Source of the DNA: the human T2T-CHM13v2.0 reference genome, Homo sapiens
Reading direction: 5' to 3' (one strand)
Length of the DNA stretch: 64,000 nt
Assembly: GCF_009914755.1 (NCBI RefSeq)
Contig: NC_060938.1
Shown here: in pieces, positions 47,522-63,084 of the stretch
Layout of the letters: each line of letters opens with the position of its first letter
How positions within the stretch are numbered: position 1 is the first letter of the stretch
Position numbers and translations under genes: made by a program
Notes under the pieces: model-generated
What the model saw: the letters and a program-made list of their open reading frames with translations, nothing else
Told to the model about the DNA's origin: nothing
The model's database searches: none

Positions 47522-47954
47522 ACTATAGTAAAGACATGAATTGACCTCTCCCCTTTGTATCAACTGATGGGTCCCAGAGAAAGACACCAGATGACTTATA
47601 ACTCATATGAAGGTAAGACACAGGAGTGGCAGAACCTGGAAGAGGAGGAAAAGGGGTTAAAAGGGCCAAGGACCTGGGGGTCGTTGGGGAGGTAGACGGT
47701 ATAAGGGGGAGGGAAGAAGGAGAATCTTTTGATGGGAGGTTAGCTGAAAGGGTCGCCTCAGAGACTAGGACCAAGATCCTGTACCAAGCAGAGAGCTTGG
47801 AAACATACTGAACAGACAAGAGATGTCATCCTGTGGCCTTGACATAGTTAGGAAGTTTTTATTGGATTAGAAGTAAAGACATCCGGAACGTTCTCTAGGA
47901 GTGTGTGTATGCTTAACTGGCTGACAGTAAGACTATTTTGTTTTAGGTTTAATT
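47522..47954 (-). mobile_element. Probable class I (gamma-like) ERV gag fragment without LTRs
   Basis: Minus strand has cct ccc cct tat (PPPY) in a Pro/Ser-rich stretch, then att cat gtc ttt act (IHV-FT, cf. VHVPFS at the capsid start); flanked by direct repeat acctctccttt. Confidence 0.45.
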
Positions 47955-48859
47955 ACCTCTCCTTTTACACTAAAGAACATAGTAGCAGAATTATAGTTGA
48001 AATGTCATATATCAGAGTAAAAACAGCCATAGAGCTGGAAGGTTCTAAGTCAATCACACTGCTTCTACTATCAAGTCCACTTGATTTTCTCTAGCCTTAC
48101 CATCAACCACAACAGGACAGGTTTCATGGATATGAGCAACTAGAATGGAGCCATTCTTATGATTTATTAACTTGCTGTACCTCCTAGCAGTGTCATGAAT
48201 AATTTGTGCTGCACTTAACACACAAGAGAAAAAAAATGCAACAGCTCATTTTCAATCAGCCAAACCCAAGAATGACCTTTTTGGCCAGTCAGCTATTATT
48301 TGATCAATTGACCCTCGGTTAAACATGCATATGGGTTAAAAGATAGTTGATGGTGAAGTCAAACTGGAATGTTTCATGAATCAAGGCATCCACGCTGATG
48401 AAAAACATCTGCTTCACAAATTGCAAAACTTTCATAAATTGCTACTGTGTCAATGGGCACTTTAAAAATGGTGCTCTGGATTCTAGACAAATTCTCAACT
48501 TTTCTGTATTTTAGTTTTGTAAGTGGGGTGCTTTGGTAGGAAAAATGGTGCTTCGTTTACATTATTGGGCATGAAATTTCCTTGGTTTATCTGTAAAGCA
48601 AACTCTTGTTCTACTTTCTCATCCAGTTAAGAACAAAGGCAGTAAAAGAACAATGATCAGAGGGAAAATAACCAAGGATATCTGCTTATCAATTTGCCAC
48701 TTTTAAAAAACACTGGTCCTTAAACTCGGTAACGACATGATTCACTAATTTTGGAAGAGAGAACAGATAGAACTACTTATCTGTATCTTTTGTGAAAGTA
48801 ATACCCTTGCCCAGGATGAGCTGGAAAGTTAACTCTAAGGAAAAGAGAAGTTGATCAGG

Positions 48860-49010
48860 AGTCAGCCTGGGTTTAGCCCAAAGACTGACCACAAGTTAAT
48901 GCACAATCTTGGGCAGGCCACTTAACTCCTCTGGGTTTACACTTTCTCACATGTAAGGTGAGGGGGCTGGCTCAGATAAGGTCTAAGATCCTTTCCCACT
49001 CTGACATTTT
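48860..49010 (+). mobile_element. MIR SINE
   Basis: cttgggcaggccacttaactcctctgggtttacactttctcacatgtaagg...taagatcctttcccactctgacatt. Confidence 0.65.
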
Positions 49011-49057
49011 TTAGTACCTTATCAATGATGCCCCTGATCTTTCTCAACACTGAGTAG

Positions 49058-49061
<4 letters not shown>

Positions 49062-49094
<33 letters not shown>
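49062..49094. repeat. (TG)16 microsatellite
   Basis: Perfect TG run. Confidence 0.95.
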
Positions 49095-49096
<2 letters not shown>

Positions 49097-49124
49097 GCTT
49101 CATGACAAGATGGCATAACCTCAC

Positions 49125-49535
49125 TGTGACAGGCAGTTTTTAAGATAGTCCCTGGTGATATCTGCCTCCTGATGTCCGTATTCTTGTATCATACACCCTG
49201 CCTTGAGTGTGGGCTGCACTTACTGAGTCATTACTAAAAAAACAGAATGCAGTGAAAATAATGGGATATACTTTTTGAGATTAGGTTACCAAAAGACTGT
49301 GGCTTCTGTCTTTCTTACCTTTCTTGTTCACTGGCTCTGAGAAAAGCCAACTAGCATGTTGTTAGCTTCCCTAGCAGAGACTCATATATGTGACAAGGAA
49401 CCAATGTTTCTCTCCAACAGACAGTAAGAACATGAGGCCAACCGGGAACCATGTGAGAGAGCTTAAGGCAGATTCTCTGAAGCCACACCAGGATTCCTGA
49501 CCACAAAGTCTCTGACATGAGAAATGTATGTGTTT
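49125..49535 (+). mobile_element. MLT1E/F-type MaLR LTR, 3' end missing
   Basis: tgtgacaggcag...ccttgagtgtgggctgcactta...gagattaggttac...ggattcctgaccaca. Confidence 0.7.
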
Positions 49536-50643
49536 GTTTGTTTTTTTGTTTGTTTTATTGTACTATAAGTTCTGGGGTACATGTGCAGGACGTGCAGATC
49601 TGTTACATAGTATACATGGACCATGGTGGTTTGCCCCACCCATCAACTAGTCATCTACATTAGGTATTTTTCCTAATGCTCTGCCTCCCCTAGCACCCCA
49701 CTCCCCAACAGGCTCTGGTATGTGATGTTCCCCTCCCTGTGTCCATGTGTTCTTCTTGTTCAACTCCCACATGAGTGAGAACATATGGTGTTTTGTTTTC
49801 TGTTCCTGTGTTAATTTGCTGAGAATGATGATTTCCAGCTTTATCCATGTCCCTGCAGAGGACATGAACTCATCCTTTTTTATGGTTGCATAGAATTCTA
49901 TAGTGTATATGTGCCACATTTTCTTTATCCAGTCTATCATTGATGGATATTTGGGTTGGTCCCAAGTCTTTGCTATTGTGAACAGTGCTGCAATAAACAT
50001 GCGTGTGCATGTGTCTTTATAGTAGAATGATTTATAATCCTTTGGGTATATACCCAGTAATGGGTTTGCTGGGTCAAGTGGTATTTCTAGTTCTAGATCC
50101 CTGAGGAATCGCCACACTGTCTTCCACAGTGGATGAACTAATTTACACTGTCACCAACAGTGTAAAAGCATTCCTATTTCTCCACATCCTCTCCAGCACC
50201 TGTTGTTTCCTGACTTTTTAATGATCCCCATTCTAACTGGCATGAGATGGTATCTTATTGTGGTTTTGATTTGCGTTTCTCTAATGACCAGTGATGATCT
50301 TTTTTTCATATGTTTGTTGGCTGCATAATTGTCTTTGTTTGAGAAGTGTCTGGTCATATCTTTTCTCAGTTTTTGATGGAGTTTTTTTTTCTTGTAAATT
50401 TGTTTAAGGTTGTTGTAGATTCTGGATATTAGCGCTTTGTCAGATGGATAGATTACAAAAATTTTCTCCCATTCTGTAGGCTGCCTGTTCACTCTGATGA
50501 TAGTTTCTTTTGCTGTGCAGAAGGTCTTTAGTTTAATTAGATCCCATTTGTCAATTTGGGCTTTTGTTGCCATTGCTTTTGGTGTTTTAGTCATGACGTC
50601 TTCACCTATGCCTATGTCCTGAATGGTATTGCCTAGGATTTCT
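49536..50643 (-). mobile_element. L1PA7-like 3' fragment, cut off by L1PA2
   Basis: ttctggggtacatgtgcaggacg...catctacattagg; ORF2 C-terminal ORFs 49647-50594. Confidence 0.85.
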
Positions 50644-53965
<3,322 letters not shown>

Positions 53966-53985
53966 CATAAGATTTTGACTAATTA

Positions 53986-54407
<422 letters not shown>

Positions 54408-55029
54408 TTAATAGATCAGGAATAGATTGTTTTCATTAAATAAATATTCTAGTTAACATTTGGCTCTCACTTGGAAGAGCAGGATTGCAAGTTTTCTAGG
54501 AATCATAGTCAATTCAAATACACCAATTCCAAAACCATATTGAACAGTAGTTTTCCTCGGTTCAGAAGAAATTTTAGAACATGTAGACTCACAGCCTCAC
54601 CATTATAAATGTGGACTTTTATGTTGCTGGAGACATGAAGAGAGGGGATAAAAATGAAAAGGAGATACAGATATGTCAGAGAAGCCCTTGGAAAACTGAG
54701 AGTTAAGCAATAAAAATCAACACAATTAGTAAGATTAGGTAGTAAAAATGGTGTCTAGGCCAGGAGTAGAAAAAGCCTCAAAATTCAGCTTAAATATAAT
54801 CAATCATGTTAACATTTCTAGGAGAAGAAATCTATCAATTAGAAGAGAGTGATCAACATGAAACAGAAAACACTGCAGTGTCTATTCAGCACTGCTCAGA
54901 TCATATGTAGAGGTTATTGAAGAAAAGGGCGAACTTTCGGATGAAAGAGGATTTTTCTGGTGATAGTTGACAGTAGTAGAATTATTAAAAATAAAAATTT
55001 AAGTAAAGTTTAAAAATTACAAGTCATAC

Positions 55030-55400
55030 AGTTACCTCATGCTCTCACTTATATGTAGGATCTAAAAAAGTTGAAATCATAGAAGCAGAGAATAGATTAA
55101 TAGTAGTTTCCAGAGGCTGGAATAGGGGTGGGAGTGGGGATTAGGGAGATGGTCAAAGGATACAAAATTTCAGTCAGGTACAAGGAATAATTCTAAGAGA
55201 TCTGCGGAAAAACGTGATGACTATAGTTAATAATAATGGGTTCTATTCTTGAAAATTTCTGAGAGGAGATTTTAAGTGTTCTTGCCACAATAAAGATAAG
55301 TATGTGAGGTAAAACACATGTTAATTACCTGGATTCAGCTATTCCACAGTGTATAAATATTTCAAAATAACATGTTGTATACTATATTCATAGATATAGT
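55030..55400 (+). mobile_element. L1MA (MA4/5-like) 3' end
   Basis: ctcacttatatgtaggatctaaaaaagttgaa...ggtcaaaggatacaaaatttcag...tgactatagttaataataat. Confidence 0.75.
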
Positions 55401-55486
55401 CAATTTAAGCAATATATGGGAGTTTAAAATGTTGTATACTATATTCATAGATATAGTCCCACTTAAGCAATAAATGGAAGTTTAAA
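55372..55486. repeat. 57/58-bp tandem duplication
   Basis: atgttgtatactatattcatagatatagtc at 55372 and 55429. Confidence 0.9.
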
Positions 55487-56300
55487 AATTACATTATAAT
55501 TGGATTTTATAGGAGGCTTTATGAAAGAAGATGAAAACTGGAAATATTTTGATATTAATATGGGTTAATGCAAATAAAAATATAACAAGGTGGAAATTTT
55601 AGCTATATGTGCCCAGATATATTACATAGCCAATAAGATAGAGAAGATGGAGAGTACCTTGTTTCTGCGTTCTTGGGGTTTTAGGAGTGGAAGAGCCAAG
55701 GACACTGAAGGAAATAATGCAGAGGTGTTAGTTTCAGTGCGTCACTTATCTAGGTAAATGTAACACCTAATTATATCCGAACAAGAATTATATTTAAGGG
55801 AAGTAATCAGGGTATCATGTATACTTGAACTGTTTTGGTCATAACCAGTGTCTGGAAATCAAGTGTTGGCAGCTCTATGATGTCTACTTGTTAATATCTT
55901 TTGCTCAGGGGAAGTTCAAACTAGGATTTGGTAGGATACATTCTTCTAGTGGACTTTGTAATTGGCTTGGCATGGTAGCAATTGTACCAGTCATTCCTGA
56001 TTCTTCTCTTCACTACTTGCTATTGTCCAGCAGAATAAGTCCATCCCCACAAGTGAGTGGAAGTTGAAATAGAAATTAAAAGTAGAAGTGAAGAGTTTGA
56101 ATCATACATCTGATTCTCATTGCTTTAATTTCAGGTTCACCAAGCAACCTTTTCATTAATGTTCAGCTTCCCAGGGAGATTTGGCTGTTAGGGAAAGATT
56201 GTACTAGTCTTACTAATGTGAGAGTTTTAGTACACATGACAGTTCAATTTATGATTATTGATGAATTCATTTTATATTTGTAGCATAGTGGTCATTAATC

Positions 56301-56521
56301 TAGTGACTTTCACATTTTAGCAGGCTTTCAGATCACCTGCATTATCTGAGTGTGTGCTTGGTTAATACCAAGCAAGTCTTGTTAAAACCAGATTGCTGGA
56401 CTTTATCCCTAGAAATTCTACTTCACTAGGTCTGGGATGAAGCTGAAGAATTTGCATTTTTACCAAATTCCCAGATGCTGCTTATGCTGCTGATTAAGGA
56501 ACCACAATTTGAAAATCACTG
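56301..56521. mobile_element. MER5A hAT MITE with an internal insertion
   Basis: cagatcacctg...cttgttaaaaccagattgctgg...taggtctggga...gaatttgcatt...tttgaaaatcactg. Confidence 0.75.
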
Positions 56522-57256
56522 GGGTAGTTTTTAAAACATTGACAAGACTTAGTTTCTGGCCCCACAATGCAGGGGACCAGATCCAAAACATTGGTAACTT
56601 CTCCTGGGTAGATGCCATCTTATGAATATTCCTGATGGCTAGTTAACTAGCCTGTCCCTGGACACCGTTCTATCTTGGGGAATATCTTCTAACCATTGAT
56701 GAGAGTTGAGTTATTTATATTATCAATAAGCCAGATCTATCCTGATCTTATTAATATCAGAAACTGTTTAATAAATTCCAGATTTCACCTTTATTACTTG
56801 CTGTTTTATGTCATAAGAGTAGGCAATCCTATTACTTTCTAAAAAATACAATCTAGCTTTTTTCTGCAAGTTAATTACAATGTCTAAAATTAAAAGTGGT
56901 CTTTTCCAAAATAATGCCTTTCTTTCCACTTGAATTCTCATCAGTCTTTTGACTTTCCAGCATTCAAAGCAGATGCTATCACTTCTGCATCAATAAGAGC
57001 TGGTATCAGATGAAAGTTCCTTGCCCGTTTCAACCCACTTATTTTTCCAGCTCTTCACAAAGTTTTCCAATTGGTTGCAATTTTAAAATGCTGTCCTTGT
57101 CTCTATTTCTTCCCTCTCCTTGCTGGCAGTTATTGCTTGCCTGACATAAGCAATACTCAGTATATTTTGTCTTGACTGACAGAATCTGACCGAATAATTG
57201 TCTCTTTCCAAAGCTGGTTTGTCCTCGCAAATTTCTTTCACTGTTCTCTATCCCTT

Positions 57257-57614
57257 TGCTGTGGTCTGAATGTCTGTGTTTTCGCAAAATTTATATGTTA
57301 AAATTTTAACCTCCAAGGTGATGGTATTAAGAGGTGGGCCTTCTGAGAGGTGATAAGGTCATGAGAGCCCACTCTCGTGAATGTGATTAGTGCTCTAAGA
57401 GACTTGAAGGAGCTTATTCACCCCTTCTGTCACATGAGGCCACATCCAGAAGTTGCCTTCTAAGAGCCAGGAAACAGGTCCTCAACAGACACCAAATCTG
57501 CCAGCTCCTTGATCTGAGATTTCCCAGCCTCCAGAACTGTAAGAAATAAATGTTTGCTTTTTGAAGCCACCCAGTCTAAGCTATTTTGTTATAGCAGCCT
57601 AAATGGACTAAGGA
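57257..57614 (+). mobile_element. MLT1A0-like MaLR solo LTR
   Basis: tgctgtggtctgaatg...cccagcctccagaactgtaagaaataaatg...gttatagcagcctaaatggactaag. Confidence 0.85.
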
Positions 57615-57649
57615 CGTCCTCCAAGCAAGTGATTCTTAACCTGTTAGAG

Positions 57650-57945
57650 TGGTGCTGTCCAATAGAAATATAATTTGAGCCACAAATGCAAGCCACTTAC
57701 ATATTAATTAAAAATTTTCTAGTAGTTACATTAAAAGCTAAAAAGAAACATGTTAAAATGATTTTATAATACATTTTATTTAACCCGATATATCCAAAAC
57801 ATTCTAATTTCAATATGTAATAAATATGGAGCTATTAATACCAAGCCTTCAAATTTTGGTGTGTTTGACACAACACATCTTAATTTGTACTAGCCACATT
57901 TCAATAGCCACGTGTGGCTAATGGCTTACATGTAGGACAGTGTGG
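57650..57945. mobile_element. MER33 hAT MITE
   Basis: gtgctgtccaatagaaatataat...tagccacgtgtggcta...ggacagtg; TSD tgttagag (57642) / ttttagag (57946). Confidence 0.8.
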
Positions 57946-60900
57946 TTTTAGAGCCTCTGCATTCTCAGAATTTATTCCTCCAGAGTAAAGCGGTGAAGTT
58001 CACAGTATTTGATAAACTCTTTCAGGGGATTGTTGGGACAGCCCCTGAAGCCCATTCTTGGAGCTCTGGTAAAGATTTCTTGCTCTTAAGATCCCTCGAG
58101 CTCCAAAAGGATACGATGCTCCTGTCTCCAGCAAACAACAATAAAGTAGCCTTTGCATTTGTGGAACACATGTGGAGCATCCTGGCCAATGAGAGCATTG
58201 AAGTGTGATGCTTCTCCTCCTGCTTCTGGGGTCTCAGTGCTAGCACCCCAACACCATTACCCGCTACACTCTCCCTGTTCTTATTTCACCTACAATTGCT
58301 ACAGATGTGGAGGAAAAAAGAAAAAAAAAAGAATAAAAAGAATTAGAATGAATAGAGACTTCTTGTTCTAGCCTGCCAGATTAACCAGCATGGCCTGTGC
58401 TAGGTGTTACAAAGACAGGGGTTTATGGATAAGTAAGAAAGAGGATTTGTACTTAAATATCAGAAATATTCTAATGCTTGCCCGGTTATACTGTTCATGC
58501 TTTTATCTCTTACATTGTCCTTCTCCAAATCATTTGTCCTCTGGTGAATCTTGACAAAGCGCCTGCACAAAATTAACAGGCAAGCAAAGCCTGGATGAGC
58601 AAAATTGATTTGCCTATAATGTGTTTGTGAAGAGATCAGGACGTGGTTGGAGTGATTTTAATTTCAGAGCCCAAGTCGCTAGTCTGTCTTTTTGTCAGGC
58701 AATTAGTTCCACTGACTGGGCAAGAATGCCGTGATGCAAAGTGCCCAGAGGAACCAGGCAGATGGAAAAGGCATATCCTTTTTTTGTTCCTTGGAGCATT
58801 CCTCGTGCCAGGCTTCTTTTGTCTCTCTCATTTATTTTGGGTAAAATTCCCTGCTTGACACTAGGCTCTGTGACTTTGCTGGGGCACAGGGCTGTGAAAT
58901 AAGTGACCAAAAGGACAGGCCTGAGGGCCAAATCTGTAGGTGAAAGTTCTAGATGAGGACCTCGAGGGAGGTGAGCAGTAGAGGAAATTCTGACAGCAGT
59001 TACTACTTTCGGCCTGTCCAGCTGTGCATTAAGATCTTTGCACATGGTATTTCATTTTATTTTTTTCAACAATCCCAAATGATACTAATATCCTTGTTTT
59101 GCTGCTAATGAGTGAGGGGCAGAGAGAGGTTACTCATTTGCCAAAGTTCCATCTCTAAGAAGTGCAGAGTCAAGGTCGAAGCATGGTGCTCTTCATCCCT
59201 GGACTGTGCTGGCCACTCAGGAACCTACAGAAGCCATCGTTTCCTGGACTTTGGGAAAGGAAAATGTGTGGATAAAGAGGCAGGATAACTGTAACCTTAA
59301 CACGGTGCTCCCTCCCACTCGGGCAGGGTCTTTGTCTTCCTCCCTTGATTATTCTTCATACCTGACTGAGTGTGGCTCATCTAAGGCAGAGCATAGGCAC
59401 ATGGGAGGCACAACCGTATTTGACCAGTGACTGACATACATTATCCTGTCTGATTCTCATAATGACCATGAGCAGTAACAAGGAAAGGTATTATTATCTT
59501 TATATGGAATTAAAGGGACTTTACCTGAATTAAAGGGACTATCTCACATTCCCAAAGCTGATTTAAATAAATTTCTGAGTTGTTTTAATTGTCAGGGTGA
59601 CAGCTTACCTATAAAGGGTGCAGCTTTTGGAAGCAGGGATCATTTTCTATACACTTTTGTATCCCTCTCCACAGCACAGAGAATATTTCTGTGAGCACAG
59701 AAAGTTCTATCAGACAGTGCTACTCTAGAGGCCAGCAAGGGCCAATTGGTAACAGTTTAACACACTACCCTACTTCAAAGCTAGAGGTTAGAAGTTAATA
59801 ATTTTTGAATGAGTAAATGAATGAATAGCATAATGGAAGTGTCTTCTTAATATAGAGTGAGATAATTACGGTGATCGGTCATAGGCCGAATTAGTGCTTT
59901 CCAGGGTAGCTGACTCAATTTTTCAAAATGAATCATCAAAATGAGCAAAATAACTCATTTCTTAAAGATGTCAAAGTGCAATTTTAAATGTCATATTAAG
60001 TAGTGGCAAGATGCTGGAGTGTGGGTTAGTAGTGATTACTACTATTTAACAGCCATTTAAAAACAAGGCAAGCGTAATGTTTGCACCAATATGGCATTTA
60101 AATAGTCAAAACTAATAGTCACAACTACTCTACTTTGATAATGAATTAATTTGTAATTACTAATAACATTTTATTTACTTCATAGCATTTTTCATGAAGC
60201 TTAAACTGTATCATTGTTATTATTTTAGTTAATATCATGTTATCTATCTATGCCAGGAGACTGGCATTGCCTTTTAAAAAAATGACAGAGAAATCAAAGG
60301 CCTGACACATTAAGGTTTTCATTTACCTTGATGCCCAGCTAGTGATATTCTGTGATATTCTGAGTTGTCTTTTCTTACCTTGTTATTGTCTCATCAACAC
60401 TTCTAGGGACACTCAAATAAAAACAAGTAGCAAAGCAGATGCCACAAAGGCTAGGCTTCTTGCACTAGATTTCCCACAGAGTGCAGAATATCTTGTTAGA
60501 TGCTCTGCCCAGCCTCTTAGGGAAGAAGTTTATCAGTTCAGCATATTGGTGTTTTGTGAAAACATGAGAAAGGCTGTGACACATCTAACTCCTTTCAGTC
60601 CTTCCTTTAACCAGTCTCAGCTATAAGAATGCCTGTCCTTAACTAAGATTAAGCTAATACAGTTTGGGTAGGGGGGCCATATCTCCAGTGTAAAGCCACC
60701 CATTCATTCATTTACCATATAAGTGCTAGGCACTGGGAACGCAGTGATGAATGCCACACAGCCCCTGCTCTCAAGCAGTTCATGGTCTACTGGTAACTCA
60801 GACCAGTAGATCCACAACCACCATGGAGGGCAGTCAGCACTCAATGGGGGTAAGCAGAGACTGCCAAGGAAGCCACGTTGTACAGCGTGGGAGATAAGAA

Positions 60901-61097
60901 AAGACTTCCCAGAAAAATAGCAATGAATAATGTCATGAAGCCTAGATAAAAGTTTTCCAGGAGATGACAGGGGGAGAGAGAGAGAACAAGAAAGAGAATG
61001 TGGCTTGATTAAGCCTGTGGGGAGAAGTATAGTGTCATCGAAGCATAGAGATTTCAGGAGGCCACAAAGGGTAGTGTGGTAGAATGAGGCTCTAGAG

Positions 61098-61474
61098 CTG
61101 TGCTGTCCGATATAGTAGCCAATCGCCATATTTGGCTACTTATCTATTTTAGAGGTACGGTCTTGTCCTGTTGCCTGGATAACTTGGCTGGAATTCAGTG
61201 CTACAATCATAGCTCACTGCAGTCTCGAGCTTCTGGCCTCAGGTGATCCTCCTGCCATGGCTTCCCAAAGCGCTGGAATTACCGGTGTGAGCTACTGTGC
61301 CTGGCTGTACATTTGGCTATTTAAGAGAATGAAAATTAAATACAAATAGAAATGCAGTTCCTCAATTGTGTTAGCCACATTGAAACTGCTCAATAGCCAC
61401 TTGTGGTTACTATATTGGATCACACAGATATGAAATATTTCCATAATCACAGAGAGTTCTACTGGACATTGCTG
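61098..61474. mobile_element. MER3 hAT MITE containing an Alu monomer
   Basis: ctgtgctgtccgatatagtagcc...gttctactggacattgctg; perfect palindromic TSD ctctagag at 61090-61097 and 61475-61482. Confidence 0.85.
61142..61306 (-). mobile_element. Alu monomer (FRAM or recombined AluJ)
   Basis: catagctcactgcagtctcgag joined to cccaaagcgctggaattaccggtgtgagc; TSD a(t/c)atttggcta(c/t)tt at 61128 and 61309. Confidence 0.75.
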
Positions 61475-62949
61475 CTCTAGAGGCTGGCAGGGGCCAGTCA
61501 ACGAGGAGCTTTGAATGACATGCCAAGATGTTTGGACCTTATCCTGAGGATAATAAGATGCCACTGAAGCATTTGATATAAGGGAATAGAATGATTAAAT
61601 TTATGTGTTTAGAAAAGCCACTCTATAGGTCACAAAAGAGATTAGAGAGAGGCAAGGCTAGAAATTAGAGATATCAGTGAAGAAAGTATTGGATTAAGCA
61701 GAGCAAGAGATGATGGGGGCCTTGTATGGGTAGAATAGAGAGAAGTATATGGACTCAAGAAATTTTAAGAAATAGAATCAATAGGACATATTAAACAATA
61801 TGAAACAATATCTAAACAGATGTGGAGGATGAGAAGGCAGAGGTGAGGTTGATCCCTGGCTTAGGCAGCTAGTGAATAATGGTACCGTTAACATAGACAG
61901 GGAACAAGGCAGAGGAAAGGAACAGGTCTGGGGAGGACTGATGATAAATTCAACTTTGTTTTTGCTATATTTGAGGTATACAAGGAGGCATCCAAGGGAG
62001 CTGCAGAAGACATTTGAATAGTCAGAGCTAAAGCTCAAAGGACAAATCTAGGCTGGAGATTAAAATTTTCATGTCATCACCATGTGGATGACAGTTGAAG
62101 CCATGGGAGTGGAGGAGTTCCCCAAGGGAGAGAGTATGGAATGAGATGCTAAGAAGGCCGATGTCTAAACTCAGAGAACCCTGATGGTGATGAGATCAGC
62201 CTAGGAAGAAAAGCCAAGGTAAGCAACCAGGGAGGTAAAAATAGAACCAAAAGAAAGTAGTGGGATTCAAGCAAAGAGAGAATATTTAGGAAAAAGGAGT
62301 GGTCATCGTGTCAAATGTGTCAGAGGGCACAATAAGATAAGAGTTGAAAGATATCAATATGATTTGCAAGAAAGAGGTTGATCACTGGGGAAAGCACTTC
62401 CAGAGAATTGATGAGGGCAGAAGGTGCGTTGCAGTGGGTTGAAGAGTGAATGGGAGTTGAAGTGACGGCAAATATAAACAACTCTTTCAGGATAGCTCAT
62501 TCCTGTCCATGTCCACTGTGCCGTTTTCAAATGTCTACCTCATAGTAAAGATATTTGTGAACTGTCTTATCCTCCAAACGACTCTAAGCTCATTAAAAGT
62601 ACAGATGGGGATTCTGTATTTTTACTCCTCATTGTTTCTAGTGTGGGTTTTACATATAGAAAATGCTCTGTTTAAATGTTTAATACATTTCCAGCTTTCA
62701 AGTGTGTATTATTTTCACGTGTTATTCTCTTCGACAGCTTTTTTTGATTGAGTAGGAAGAACTCAGTTTCAGTTGAGAAAAAGATAAGTCCATAATTTAA
62801 TCGACTCTTACAGTTTCCGGAAATTTTGTGAGTTGGGGGAGGGGGAATTTAAAAAAATCAGAAAACAGAACAAGGACAAATGTGTTTTAATAAAAAAATC
62901 CATTATGATTATTTACACCAATTCCTTGATAAGCATATAAATGTAAACT

Positions 62950-62955
62950 TTTATT
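62950..62955 (-). terminator. SLC35F4: AATAAA poly(A) signal of SLC35F4
   Basis: tttatt on plus, ~130 nt after the stop codon; upstream UGUA motifs in the 3'UTR; a second signal ATTAAA at 62891-62886. Confidence 0.7.
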
Positions 62956-63084
62956 GTTGGCATTATTTCACATATGATTTATCCAAATTCAGAGTTAATA
63001 CTGTCGTTTGAGTGTACAGGTAGTGAGAAAATTTTGTTATATTCACAGAATATACATACACGTGCATTCAAAATATGTCCCTCT

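Larger units (their letters stand above)
60700..62490 (-). mobile_element. L2 LINE 3' region (~1.4 kb) interrupted by MER3
   Basis: cattcattcattta...gtgctaggcactggg...ggaagaaaagcc...ggagtggtca...gtcaaatg...cagtgggttgaagagtgaatggg. Confidence 0.75.

Noticed and set aside
56358-56371. NFI palindromic site in the MER5A insert
   Set aside because: Spacing is TTGG-N6-CCAA, not the required N7
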